Source: Arcobacter sp.
GTDB taxonomy: Bacteria; Campylobacterota; Campylobacteria; Campylobacterales; Arcobacteraceae
Length of the DNA: 10,237 bases
Reading direction: 5' to 3'
NCBI GenBank assembly: GCA_965662175.1
Contig: CBFIGT010000081.1
Coordinates: forward strand, 1 to 10,237
Shown here: piece by piece, positions 1 through 8,343 of the stretch
Layout: each line of letters starts with the position of its first letter
How positions within the stretch are numbered: position 1 is the stretch's first letter
Translations under genes and position numbers: made by a program
Notes under the pieces: model-generated
The model's database searches: none
What the model was told of the DNA's origin: nothing
What the model saw: the letters and a program-made list of their open reading frames with translations, nothing else

Positions 1-510
1 AAAAGGAGTAGAAATTAAACTTCTAACCTTACCATGTGGCACATATTTGTGACACTCCCAACACTTACGACCATTTTCAAGACTTCCATCTTTGCCACTA
101 TGATAATTATCTGCATTTGCTTTTAGCGTTTCATTTTCACTAGTGTGACATCTAACACAATTTGCTTGAACCCTATTTGCACCATCTTCACTAATTTGAA
201 TATTATGTTTATAACTATTCATAGTGAAAGCTACCGAGTGATTCCACCCATCAATTGCTTTTGATTTATATTTTGCAACTTCATCTCCAACAGGAAGGTG
301 ACAATCAACACATTTTGCTACATTTTTGTGTGAACTTTTTTCCCATGTTGCATACGCTGAATTCATTGTATGACAGTTAATACAGGCTTTTGGGTCACTT
401 GACAAATATGAAAGCATATTTGATGCATAAACAGTGTAAACAAATAAAGATGCGGCTATAAGAAGACTTAAAATTGTTCCATAAACAACAACTTTGTTAC
501 TCTTTTCCAT
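1..510 (-). CDS. nrfH: Cytochrome c nitrite reductase small subunit NrfH (NapC/NirT-family tetraheme quinol dehydrogenase); 3' end runs off the window
   Basis: Not in the ORF track; translated by hand from the ATG at 510 (RBS AAGGA at 517-521): MEKSNKVVVYGTILSLLIAASLFVYTVYASNMLSYLSSDPKACINCHTM...W..SSH...KCVDCHLP...KAIDGWNH...NCVRCH...RKCWECHKYVPHG. It has an N-terminal TM helix and four CxxCH motifs, the first as CxxCHxM. The frame is open to base 1. Confidence 0.95.
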   Translation of the reverse strand, partial: MEKSNKVVVYGTILSLLIAASLFVYTVYASNMLSYLSSDPKACINCHTMNSAYATWEKSSHKNVAKCVDCHLPVGDEVAKYKSKAIDGWNHSVAFTMNSYKHNIQISEDGANRVQANCVRCHTSENETLKANADNYHSGKDGSLENGRKCWECHKYVPHGKVRSLISTPF

Positions 511-535
511 CGTATATCCTTTAGCTTACTTTGAA

Positions 536-541
536 ATCATA
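536..541 (-). promoter_or_regulatory. Putative sigma70 -10 element (TATGAT) of the nrfH promoter
   Basis: The minus strand reads TATGAT at 541-536 (5/6 match to TATAAT). This implies a start site near 529, which puts the Crp/Fnr box centre at -41.5. Confidence 0.55.
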
Positions 542-560
542 AATAGAAAATTTGTTTAAA

Positions 561-580
561 TTCTTGACTTAAATCAAGAA
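561..580. promoter_or_regulatory. Crp/Fnr-family (Nss-type) binding site upstream of nrfH
   Basis: Inverted repeat TTCTTGA-CTTAAA-TCAAGAA. The core TTGAC-TTAA-ATCAA matches TTGA-N6-TCAA (Wolinella Nss consensus) and is 9/10 to FNR TTGAT-N4-ATCAA. Confidence 0.8.
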
Positions 581-787
581 AGTGAATATACATTCGTTTA
601 GCTATAACTAAAAGTTATATAAAGAAAAAAAATTAAAATGGTAAATATTTCTTTACCAACCATAAAATCGACTTTCTATTTAATTTAAATATATAAACTA
701 ATTAAAAAATTAATAAAAATTTAAGATATTCAAAAATTTTAAAATTCTTTTTATGGATTTTCTAAAATAAGATTTGTAGATAACTTT

Positions 788-796
788 TGATATAAT
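788..796 (+). promoter_or_regulatory. Extended -10 promoter (TGnTATAAT) for serS
   Basis: TGATATAAT ends 28 nt upstream of the serS ATG and is preceded by spaced T-tracts, as is typical of Campylobacterota RpoD promoters. Confidence 0.7.
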
Positions 797-824
797 TCCC
801 GAAATAATATATAAAAGTAGAGAA

Positions 825-2069
825 ATGATTGATATTAAACTATTACAAAAAGATTTTGAACAAGTTGCAAGTGCATTAAAAAGAAAAGGGCTAGACCAAG
901 AGATTTTAGACAAGTTAAAATCTCTTTCAGAAGATGCAAAAGCAAAAAGACAAGAGATGGAAAATGTTACAGCTGAACAAAATTTACTCTCTAAAGAGTT
1001 TGGAAGATATAAAAAAGAGGGTTTGGACATAGAACCTCTTCAAGCAAATATTAATGAATTAAAAAGTAAAAAGTTAGTTTTAGAAGATGAAGTTAAGGTT
1101 TTAGAAGAGGAGTTATCAACAATTATTTTAGGTGTTCCAAATATGCCTGATGAGAGTGTTCCAAATGGTGCTGATGAAAGTGAAAATGTAGTATTAGAAG
1201 TAATTGGTGAAAAACCAAATTTTGCTTTTGAGCCAAAAGAGCATTGGGATTTAGGTGAGGATAATGGAACTTTAGATTTTACAAGAGGTGTTAAGTTATC
1301 AAAATCTAGATTTGTAGCTATGAGAGGACAAGCTGCTAGAATGGAGCGAGCACTTATAAACTATATGCTTGATTTTAATAGAGAACGTGGTTTTGAAGAG
1401 TGGTATGTTCCTTTTATGGCGAATACAAATACTCTTCAAGGGACAGGTCAGTTACCAAAGTTTGGTGATGATTTATTTAAGATTGAGGGTGAAGATTTAT
1501 ATTTAATTCCAACAGCTGAGGTTGCTTTAACAAATCTTTATAATGATGAGATTATTCCTGTAGAAGAGTTACCTTATATGATGACATCTTATACTCCATG
1601 TTTTAGAAAAGAAGCTGGAAGTGCAGGGCGTGATACAAGAGGTCTTATAAGACAACATCAATTTGATAAAGTTGAAATGGTAGCAATTACAACACAAGAG
1701 CAAAGTGAAGAGGTTTTTGAAAAAATGGTTTCATGCGCTAGTGATTTATTAACATCACTAGGACTTTCTCACCAAAAACTAGAGCTTTGTACAGGTGATT
1801 TAGGTTTTAGTGCGGCTAGAACTATTGACTTAGAGGTTTGGCTTCCAGGTCAAAATAAATATAGAGAGATAAGTTCAATTTCAAATACAAGAGATTTTCA
1901 AGCTAGACGAGCAAAAATCAGATATAAAGAGGGTAAAAAAAATATTCTAGCCCATACTTTAAATGGTTCAAGTTTAGCAGTTGGTAGAACATTAGTAGCT
2001 ATTATGGAAAATTATCAAAATGAGGATGGGTCGATAGAGATACCTTCTGTTTTACAGAAGTATATGTAG
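825..2069 (+). CDS. serS: Serine--tRNA ligase
   Basis: 414 aa. N-terminal coiled-coil arm (MIDIKLL), [15 protein letters not shown], class II motif 2 [32 protein letters not shown], motif 3 [12 protein letters not shown]. Confidence 0.99.
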   Translation: MIDIKLLQKDFEQVASALKRKGLDQEILDKLKSLSEDAKAKRQEMENVTAEQNLLSKEFGRYKKEGLDIEPLQANINELKSKKLVLEDEVKVLEEELSTIILGVPNMPDESVPNGADESENVVLEVIGEKPNFAFEPKEHWDLGEDNGTLDFTRGVKLSKSRFVAMRGQAARMERALINYMLDFNRERGFEEWYVPFMANTNTLQGTGQLPKFGDDLFKIEGEDLYLIPTAEVALTNLYNDEIIPVEELPYMMTSYTPCFRKEAGSAGRDTRGLIRQHQFDKVEMVAITTQEQSEEVFEKMVSCASDLLTSLGLSHQKLELCTGDLGFSAARTIDLEVWLPGQNKYREISSISNTRDFQARRAKIRYKEGKKNILAHTLNGSSLAVGRTLVAIMENYQNEDGSIEIPSVLQKYM

Positions 2070-2080
2070 CAAAGCTACAT
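2064..2080 (+). terminator. Hairpin overlapping the serS stop codon (possible weak terminator or 3' stabiliser)
   Basis: ATGTAGC-AAA-GCTACAT, a 7-bp perfect stem with no immediate U-tract. Confidence 0.35.
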
Positions 2081-2385
2081 CATCCGAAATTTCCTTTAAT
2101 AAAAAACAAATTTTTAAGTGTGAATATTCTATAGATGATGATTATAAAACATATGAAAAAGCTAGCTTTGCTTTTTGGGCAACTGAGCGATACTTTTTTG
2201 CAAATAAATATTTAGGATTTAGTTTTATGGGAAATATAAATCACAAACCATGGATTTTAACAAGTGCAAAAGCTAATAATCAAAATTTAGATATTTTAAA
2301 ACCATACAAAATAGTATCACAACACAAAGATATACTGTTTTGTGAATCTTTAGAGCTTACGACCTCAAAGCTACAGCTTATTTAA
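2081..2385 (+). pseudogene. 5'-truncated remnant of a DUF2071/YqjF-like gene (C-terminal part)
   Basis: Frame +1 is stop-free from 2038 to TAA at 2383-2385, and its first ATG is at 2227. It translates as ...IFKCEYSIDDDYKTYEKASFAFWATERYFFANKYLGFSFMGNINHKPWILTSAKANNQNLDILKPYKIVSQHKDILFCESLELTTSKLQLI*. The F-x-x-TERY...G-x-I-x-H-x-PW-x-L pattern resembles the YqjF C-terminus as I recall it. The left boundary is approximate. Confidence 0.65.
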
Positions 2386-2388
2386 TTT

Positions 2389-2760
2389 ATGAAAAAAGCA
2401 TATCTTTTTTATGATGGCCAATGTCCATTTTGTAATCAATACTCTAAGTTTAAAGAACTTAGAAAATGTATTGATATTGAACTTTTTGATGCAAGAGAAA
2501 ATCTACTTTGGAAAAAGATTAATCCAAATTTGAATCTTGATGATGGTATTATTTTATTATTAAAAGAAGACTCAAGAATATTACAAGGTGTTGAAGCCAT
2601 AGCATATCTTGATAATATTTGTATATTTAAAGGTCTGATTTTTAAAATTCAAAAATTTATATTTTCAAATAAATTTTTAGCCCCTTTTGTATACAGTATT
2701 TTAAAGACTCTTCGAAAAATAGCTTTATATTTTAAACAGCTTTTTAAAAAGCAAAACTAA
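2389..2760 (+). CDS. DCC1-like thiol-disulfide oxidoreductase family protein (DUF393)
   Basis: 123 aa with N-terminal LFYDGQCPFC (DxxCxxC), G-x-EA in the middle and a basic Y..L...R C-terminus. Confidence 0.88.
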   Translation: MKKAYLFYDGQCPFCNQYSKFKELRKCIDIELFDARENLLWKKINPNLNLDDGIILLLKEDSRILQGVEAIAYLDNICIFKGLIFKIQKFIFSNKFLAPFVYSILKTLRKIALYFKQLFKKQN

Positions 2761-2769
2761 AATTAGATA

Positions 2770-2794
2770 TATGTAAGTTCTTTGAACTTACATA
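2770..2794. terminator. Probable bidirectional terminator hairpin between the convergent DCC and cheY-like genes
   Basis: TATGTAAGTTC-TTT-GAACTTACATA, an 11-bp perfect stem overlapping the stop codon of the receiver gene. Confidence 0.55.
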
Positions 2795-3165
2795 ATATAA
2801 ACTAACTTATCTAAAACTTGTTTGATTTTTTCTTCATTTACAGGTTTTAATATATAACCCTTTGCTCCAAGTGTAATAGCTTCAATTACTAGTTTTTCTT
2901 CACCATGTGAGGTTAGCATAATAACTGTAGCTGAGGGGTCAAATTCATGAATAAGCTTTAAAGCATCTATTCCATTTTTTACTCCATTAACTTCAGGCAT
3001 AGTAATATCCATTGTTACAAAATCAGGTAGGGTTTCTTTATATCTATCTAAAGCTTCACTTCCATTTGTTGCTTCAGCAACAACAGTATGACCTAAGTTT
3101 TTAAGCTTCTCTTTTATAGTATATCTCATAACTGCGATATCATCAACAACTAAAACATTTGCCAT
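2788..3165 (-). CDS. Single-domain CheY-like response regulator
   Basis: 125 aa. VLVVDD acidic pocket, phospho-acceptor Asp in VTMDITMP, Thr/Ser in MLTSHG, GAKGYILKP. No output domain. Confidence 0.93.
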   Translation of the reverse strand: MANVLVVDDIAVMRYTIKEKLKNLGHTVVAEATNGSEALDRYKETLPDFVTMDITMPEVNGVKNGIDALKLIHEFDPSATVIMLTSHGEEKLVIEAITLGAKGYILKPVNEEKIKQVLDKLVYIM

Positions 3166-3176
3166 ATTTTTCCTTT

Positions 3177-6100
3177 TTAATTAATTATTATAAGTGCTAA
3201 ATTAAAGTTTCCAAAAGAGGATTCCATATTTTTACTAAGAAATTTATTTTTTTTAATCATATTCTCTATTATTGTTTTATCAAAAGCTAAAGGTGCCGAA
3301 AACTCAAAATTTTGATATTTGTTATTGTTAGAACTTAAACAGTTTCCTAAAATAGTATTTAAGCTTTCATCACATAAACTTTGATACATTCCTAATTTTT
3401 CATCATCAGCTAACTTGGCATCAATAAATATTTTGATTATATTATCTAAAATAGTTAAATCACAAGAAAATAGAGCCAAAATCTCATAATCAGGAGTTGA
3501 TATTTTTATAATAGAGTAGTAGTTTTTAAAATCAAATATTGACTTGTTTTCAATCTCTTTAAAATCAATATGTATATTATTAGTTAAAAATGTTTTTGTT
3601 ATCTCTAGTAAAGAGTCTAAAAACTGCTCTTGAATAGTTGATTTATATAAAATCATATTAACTAAAGCTGGGAATCTAATAATAAACCTAGAACCAATAT
3701 TAACTTCACTTTCAACTCTTATTGAACCATTTATTTTTTCTAACTCTTTTGTTAAGGCACTTAATCCTATTCCTCTTCCTGAGATTAAATCTGAGTTTTC
3801 TTTTGTTGAAAAATTATCTTTAAATATTAGATTTATAAGCTTTTCATCATCCATTAAAAGTGCTTCTTCTTCACTCATAATACCCTTTTCAATAGCTTTT
3901 GCTCTAATAATATTAGCATCAATACCTTTTCCATCATCACTTATTACAAGTTCAATCTCTTTTTGATTAACTAATTTAAATTGACATAATATTGTACCCT
4001 TTTCATATTTATTCATATTTACTCTATCTTCAGGTAACTCTATACCATGGTCAACTATATTTCTAAAAATATGAACTAAGTTTTTGATAAAATCTTGATA
4101 ACTATTTCTTACAGTTATATTCTCATCGCCAACAATTCTAAGAGGATTGATTTTTTTATTTAATCTTTGTGCTATATTTTCAACTCTTTTAGGATAAATA
4201 TCTAATAGCATTTTTAGACTTTTTTGATTTAAATTTAAAAAGTCTTTTAATAGATTTTCCATACTATTAATATCTTGTTTATCATTATCAAATAAACTTA
4301 TAACTTTATTTTCATAAAGTTTAAATTTTTCAGCATCTAACTTTATCATTGTATTTGGTTCTAAAAACTCTTTTCCTAAAATTTGTGCTATAAAATCCAA
4401 ATCAGAATTAAAAGAGTCTTTAAGGCTGTTGTTATTTAGTATTTCATTTAAAACTTCATTTGTTAATATATTTTTCTTATATAGTTTTATTATTTTTGAT
4501 TCTAGTTCATGCAGTGCTTGAGTTGTATTTACAAGCTCTTCTTGGGCAAAAAGTCCTTTAAAAGTATGAAGTGATTTTGTTATATTTAAAAAGTTTTCTT
4601 CAATACTATTTCTATCAAGTTTTTTAACACTAAGGTCTGTAATAAAATCAAAAAAACTATTTTTAAGTTCTATAAATTCACTTTTTCTAGTAGCAATTGC
4701 AACAATCATCTTTTGTATTCTATTTTCATACTCTATTTTCTCTTTTAAGCGATTTGTTTCTGTTATATCTTCTAAAATAACCATAAACTCTTTATCATTA
4801 ATAATTTTATATTTTATTGAAAATGTTATACCATTTATGCTATTTTCTTGAGGAAGAAGAGTTAGTAAAATCTCTTTTTGTAAAGAGTTATTTGCTTCTG
4901 TAATACCTCTTATACCAAACTCAAATATCTCTTTTTTCTCTTCATTATTATAAAATAAAGCCTCAGAAATAGAAAGCTCTTTTAAGTCATCTTGTGAGAG
5001 TATATAAAGACTCTTTTTTGAGTAAGCATCTTTTATTATAAGGTTTTTATCAAAAGAGATAAAACCATTATTTGCATTATCAAGTAGGGTTGTAACTTGT
5101 TCATTTAGATATTGGGCATATTTTTCTTGAGTAATATCTTGTCTTACAGATGTATATCCAATTATATTATTATTGTTATCAAAGGTTGGACCTACAGTAC
5201 TTCTAGTCCAATAGTAGTTTTTGTCTTTTGCGAGATTTTTAATCTCACCTGTCCATATTTCACCTTTTTTTATTGTTTGCCAAAGCTCTTTATATACCTC
5301 TTTTGGCATATCAGGATGTCTTACTATATTGTGAGGTTTATTAAAAACCTCCTCTTTTGAATATTTTGAAATATTACAAAAGGCATCACTTGCATAGTTT
5401 ATATACCCTTTCAAATCAGTTTTAGTAAGAATTACATATTGATTTATATATTCATGTAGCTTTGATAACTCTAAACTCTTTTTTTCTATTTCATTCATAT
5501 TATCATCAATATTTTTTATAATAGAGTTTTTAAGTCTAAAACTAAAAATACTTAAAAATAGAATAATAAAAAAGTTAATAAATAAAATAGAGATAATTTT
5601 GTTAAGTTCAATATAATAAAAATCTTCACCAAACTCTTGCATATTTTCTGTAACATAGTTGTTTAGGTTAAAAAAATCATTTTTTAAATTTTCATTTAAT
5701 TTTATTAAATCATCAATTTGATAAATCTCTTTATTATTGATATATTTATCAAAATCTTGAATACTTTTACTTTCCAAAAGATTTTTATAAATCTCTTGAA
5801 ATTTTGGAGTTAATGTTGGAATTATAAATGTTTTTAGAAAATTGATATTTTCAAGAATTTTATTAAGCTTTTCATTATTGGGATTATTTTTTAATAAAAG
5901 AATATTTAACTTATAATAGTTTTCACTAAGTTTTAAAATAAGTTCAGTACTTCTAATAATAGTGTTTAATTCAGTATTTGAGTAGTTTGTATTTTTTTTA
6001 TAAATAATCTTTTTTATAAAATTCTCAATAGAGTCTGAATAAAAAGTAGAAATAGTCTCAAAATCATTATTTTTAGATATTACTTTTGTCCTAATTGCAG

Positions 6101-6440
6101 GCAAGATTTTTGCATAGTTTGGGTCTATATCATTTATATACTCATAAGATATGGAGTACTGTTTTGTTAGATTTTCTAGGTTTTCATTATTTGCTTTTAA
6201 AATATATAAAAGGCTCCAAAACCTCTCCTCTTGCAAATAGCTTAATTCATAAAATTGAGCAATAGTTTTATATGATTGATTTTGTAAATCTTTAGCCTCA
6301 TTTAAATTTTTAATTCCATCTTTCATATTAAAAATAGAGAAAAATAAGATTACAACAGCAGGAATGTAAGTTAAAAGAAATAACTTTTTTGTATACTCTT
6401 TTGAAATGCTCTTATTAATTGTGCTAATATTTTTTTCCAT
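3177..6440 (-). CDS. Membrane-anchored CheA-like histidine kinase: 2 TM + NIT-like periplasmic sensor, PAS, PAS-like, HPt, HATPase_c, C-terminal CheX/CheC-like domain
   Basis: TM segments at about aa 20-38 and 282-301. PAS motif HNIVRHPDMP...W...WTGEIKN...YYW. HPt motif LHTFKG (H625). CheA-type boxes HIFRNIVDHGIE, ISDDGKGID, LIFKDNFST, SGRGIGL. C-terminal SLCDESLNTILGN. Confidence 0.88.
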   Translation of the reverse strand: MEKNISTINKSISKEYTKKLFLLTYIPAVVILFFSIFNMKDGIKNLNEAKDLQNQSYKTIAQFYELSYLQEERFWSLLYILKANNENLENLTKQYSISYEYINDIDPNYAKILPAIRTKVISKNNDFETISTFYSDSIENFIKKIIYKKNTNYSNTELNTIIRSTELILKLSENYYKLNILLLKNNPNNEKLNKILENINFLKTFIIPTLTPKFQEIYKNLLESKSIQDFDKYINNKEIYQIDDLIKLNENLKNDFFNLNNYVTENMQEFGEDFYYIELNKIISILFINFFIILFLSIFSFRLKNSIIKNIDDNMNEIEKKSLELSKLHEYINQYVILTKTDLKGYINYASDAFCNISKYSKEEVFNKPHNIVRHPDMPKEVYKELWQTIKKGEIWTGEIKNLAKDKNYYWTRSTVGPTFDNNNNIIGYTSVRQDITQEKYAQYLNEQVTTLLDNANNGFISFDKNLIIKDAYSKKSLYILSQDDLKELSISEALFYNNEEKKEIFEFGIRGITEANNSLQKEILLTLLPQENSINGITFSIKYKIINDKEFMVILEDITETNRLKEKIEYENRIQKMIVAIATRKSEFIELKNSFFDFITDLSVKKLDRNSIEENFLNITKSLHTFKGLFAQEELVNTTQALHELESKIIKLYKKNILTNEVLNEILNNNSLKDSFNSDLDFIAQILGKEFLEPNTMIKLDAEKFKLYENKVISLFDNDKQDINSMENLLKDFLNLNQKSLKMLLDIYPKRVENIAQRLNKKINPLRIVGDENITVRNSYQDFIKNLVHIFRNIVDHGIELPEDRVNMNKYEKGTILCQFKLVNQKEIELVISDDGKGIDANIIRAKAIEKGIMSEEEALLMDDEKLINLIFKDNFSTKENSDLISGRGIGLSALTKELEKINGSIRVESEVNIGSRFIIRFPALVNMILYKSTIQEQFLDSLLEITKTFLTNNIHIDFKEIENKSIFDFKNYYSIIKISTPDYEILALFSCDLTILDNIIKIFIDAKLADDEKLGMYQSLCDESLNTILGNCLSSNNNKYQNFEFSAPLAFDKTIIENMIKKNKFLSKNMESSFGNFNLALIIIN

Positions 6441-6630
6441 ATAATAACCTATAAAAATTATTTTTTATAAATATATACAAATAGCTACCTAGAATTATAT
6501 ATTAATAATATTATTTTATCTGAAATTAAATTAATAAATCTATAAAATAGAACTTAAACAAATAACTTAGTAAAATATGTTGTTGAAAAAAAATAAAAAT
6601 AATGTCTTAATAAACAAAAAAGAGGAACTT

Positions 6631-7014
6631 ATGTCAAAAGAAATATTTTTAGACTCTTCTACAATGATAGTTTCTGAAACCGATGAAAAGGGTATAATTC
6701 TTTATGCAAATAGTGATTTTTGTAAAATTGCTGCTTATTCAAAAGATGAACTTATTGGAAAACCTCACAATATAGTAAGACACTCTGATATGCCGAAAGT
6801 AGCTTTTGAGGATTTATGGAAAACTATTCAAGCAGGTAAAACATGGAATGGAATAGTAAAAAATAGAACAAAAGATGGAAATTTTTATTGGGTAAATGCA
6901 ACAGCTTATCCATCATCTACAAAAGATGGTAAAAAAAGATATATCTCTGTTAGGGTTAAACCTAGCAAAGAAGAGATTGAAAGTGCTGAAGCACTATATA
7001 AAACATTACAATAA
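6631..7014 (+). CDS. Stand-alone Aer-type PAS protein (CetB-like, probably FAD-binding)
   Basis: [43 protein letters not shown]...LW...[17 protein letters not shown]. Start moved from 6577 to the ATG at 6631, which follows RBS AGAGGA and gives 127 aa. Confidence 0.9.
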   Translation: MSKEIFLDSSTMIVSETDEKGIILYANSDFCKIAAYSKDELIGKPHNIVRHSDMPKVAFEDLWKTIQAGKTWNGIVKNRTKDGNFYWVNATAYPSSTKDGKKRYISVRVKPSKEEIESAEALYKTLQ

Positions 7015-7022
7015 GGAATAAA

Positions 7023-8330
7023 ATGTTTTTTTCAAAAAGTAATGAATATCAAGAGATTTTAGCTGCACTTGAAATATTAGAAAAATATGTAAATAAAGAT
7101 ATAAATTCAATACCTGAGATTAAAAATATTCTAAGTGCTGAGAGAAAAATTATCTTAGACAAAATAGATAAAATCTCTAAAAATATAAAAGAAAAAGATG
7201 TTTCAAATATAAAAGTATTTGGTGAAATAATGCTCTCATTAGAGAAGCTATCTGATGGTATTTTGGATGATAGAGTAGTCTCTCAAACTGAAAATAAAAA
7301 TATAAACTATATTGGAAAAAGTTTTAATTTAATGCTTGATAAGCTTGATAATACTTTTGATGAGGTAATTAATGTTTTAAATGAGTATAAAAATCAAAAC
7401 TACTTAAACAAAGTTAATGTTGATAGTTTTAGGGATGGTAAATTAAGAGTTGTACTTGAGGGAATTAATCAATTAAGGGATGAAATAAGTAAAAACTTAT
7501 CCCAAAATCATAGAAGAGGTTTGATTTTAGAGAATAGTTCAACTGTATTAACTGAAAATGCTTCAAACTTATCTAATCAAAGTACAAACCAAGCAGCTAA
7601 AATTGAAGAGTTATCGGCAACACTAGATGAAATAACGCAAAAAGTTAAAGAAAATACAAACTCAGCTGTTACAATGCTCAATAATGTATCAAATAATGAA
7701 GAGCAAGTTCATCATGGTTTTGAGTTAGCGAAAAAAACTTCCCAATCAATTGAAGAGATAAATAGCTCAACAAATGATGTTAATAGTGCTATTGTAATTA
7801 TTTCTCAAATAGCATTTCAAACAAATATTTTAAGTTTAAATGCAGCTGTTGAAGCAGCAACAGCAGGCGAAGCTGGAAAAGGATTTGCCGTTGTTGCACA
7901 AGAAGTTAGGAATTTAGCCAATAAAAGTGCTGAATCAGCTAAACAAATTGAAAGCTTAATGAATGATTTAAAATCTAAAACTGAACATGGTAAACAAATA
8001 ATTGAACAGATGACAGCTGGATATAAACAGTTAAATGAAAATATAAAAGAGAATTTTATTCATGTTAAAAAAGTAGTTGATTCCTTAAAAGAGCAAGAAG
8101 AGGGGATTAGTATTATTAATGAAGCCATAAGTGATATTGATAGAAATACACAAAATCAAGCTTTAGTTTCTGTAAAAGTTAATGAAATTGCAACTCAAAG
8201 TCAAAATGTAGCAAAACAAATTGTTAGTGTTACAAGTAACTCTTCATTTGAGGGGAAAGAGCAAATTAGTATTAGAGATTTAAATAAAAATCATGATAAT
8301 TATGATGGGAATTGTCGAAGAAATAGATAG
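7023..8330 (+). CDS. Soluble methyl-accepting chemotaxis protein (HAMP-like segments + MCP signalling domain)
   Basis: Hairpin-tip signature [37 protein letters not shown]. No hydrophobic TM stretch is visible. RBS AAGGA overlaps the stop of the upstream PAS gene (8-nt gap). Confidence 0.93.
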   Translation: MFFSKSNEYQEILAALEILEKYVNKDINSIPEIKNILSAERKIILDKIDKISKNIKEKDVSNIKVFGEIMLSLEKLSDGILDDRVVSQTENKNINYIGKSFNLMLDKLDNTFDEVINVLNEYKNQNYLNKVNVDSFRDGKLRVVLEGINQLRDEISKNLSQNHRRGLILENSSTVLTENASNLSNQSTNQAAKIEELSATLDEITQKVKENTNSAVTMLNNVSNNEEQVHHGFELAKKTSQSIEEINSSTNDVNSAIVIISQIAFQTNILSLNAAVEAATAGEAGKGFAVVAQEVRNLANKSAESAKQIESLMNDLKSKTEHGKQIIEQMTAGYKQLNENIKENFIHVKKVVDSLKEQEEGISIINEAISDIDRNTQNQALVSVKVNEIATQSQNVAKQIVSVTSNSSFEGKEQISIRDLNKNHDNYDGNCRRNR

Positions 8331-8343
8331 TTATATATGAGAT

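Noticed and set aside
710..1030. 106-aa minus-strand ORF
   Set aside because: Antisense shadow of the serS 5' end and promoter; no recognisable motif.
5112..5360. 82-aa plus-strand ORF
   Set aside because: Lies wholly antisense to the conserved PAS domain of the kinase; non-ATG start and no motif.
3177..6440. Calling the kinase the canonical chemotaxis cheA (and the receiver cheY)
   Set aside because: No N-terminal HPt, no CheW-like domain and no cheW/cheV/cheR/cheB neighbours, so gene symbols were withheld.
6577..6630. Longer N-terminus of the PAS protein given by the ORF track
   Set aside because: The extension is low-complexity K/N sequence with no RBS. The ATG at 6631 has AGAGGA at good spacing and matches CetB-like starts.
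6441..6630. Sigma28 or sigma54 promoters in the divergent intergenic region
   Set aside because: No CCGAT-type or TGGCAC-N5-TTGC element seen; the many TAAAAT/TATAAT-like hexamers cannot be told from AT-rich background.
8260..8330. MCP C-terminal tail ([10 protein letters not shown]) as a CheR/CheB-tethering pentapeptide or c-di-GMP motif
   Set aside because: Not NWETF-like, and too short to support any motif assignment.
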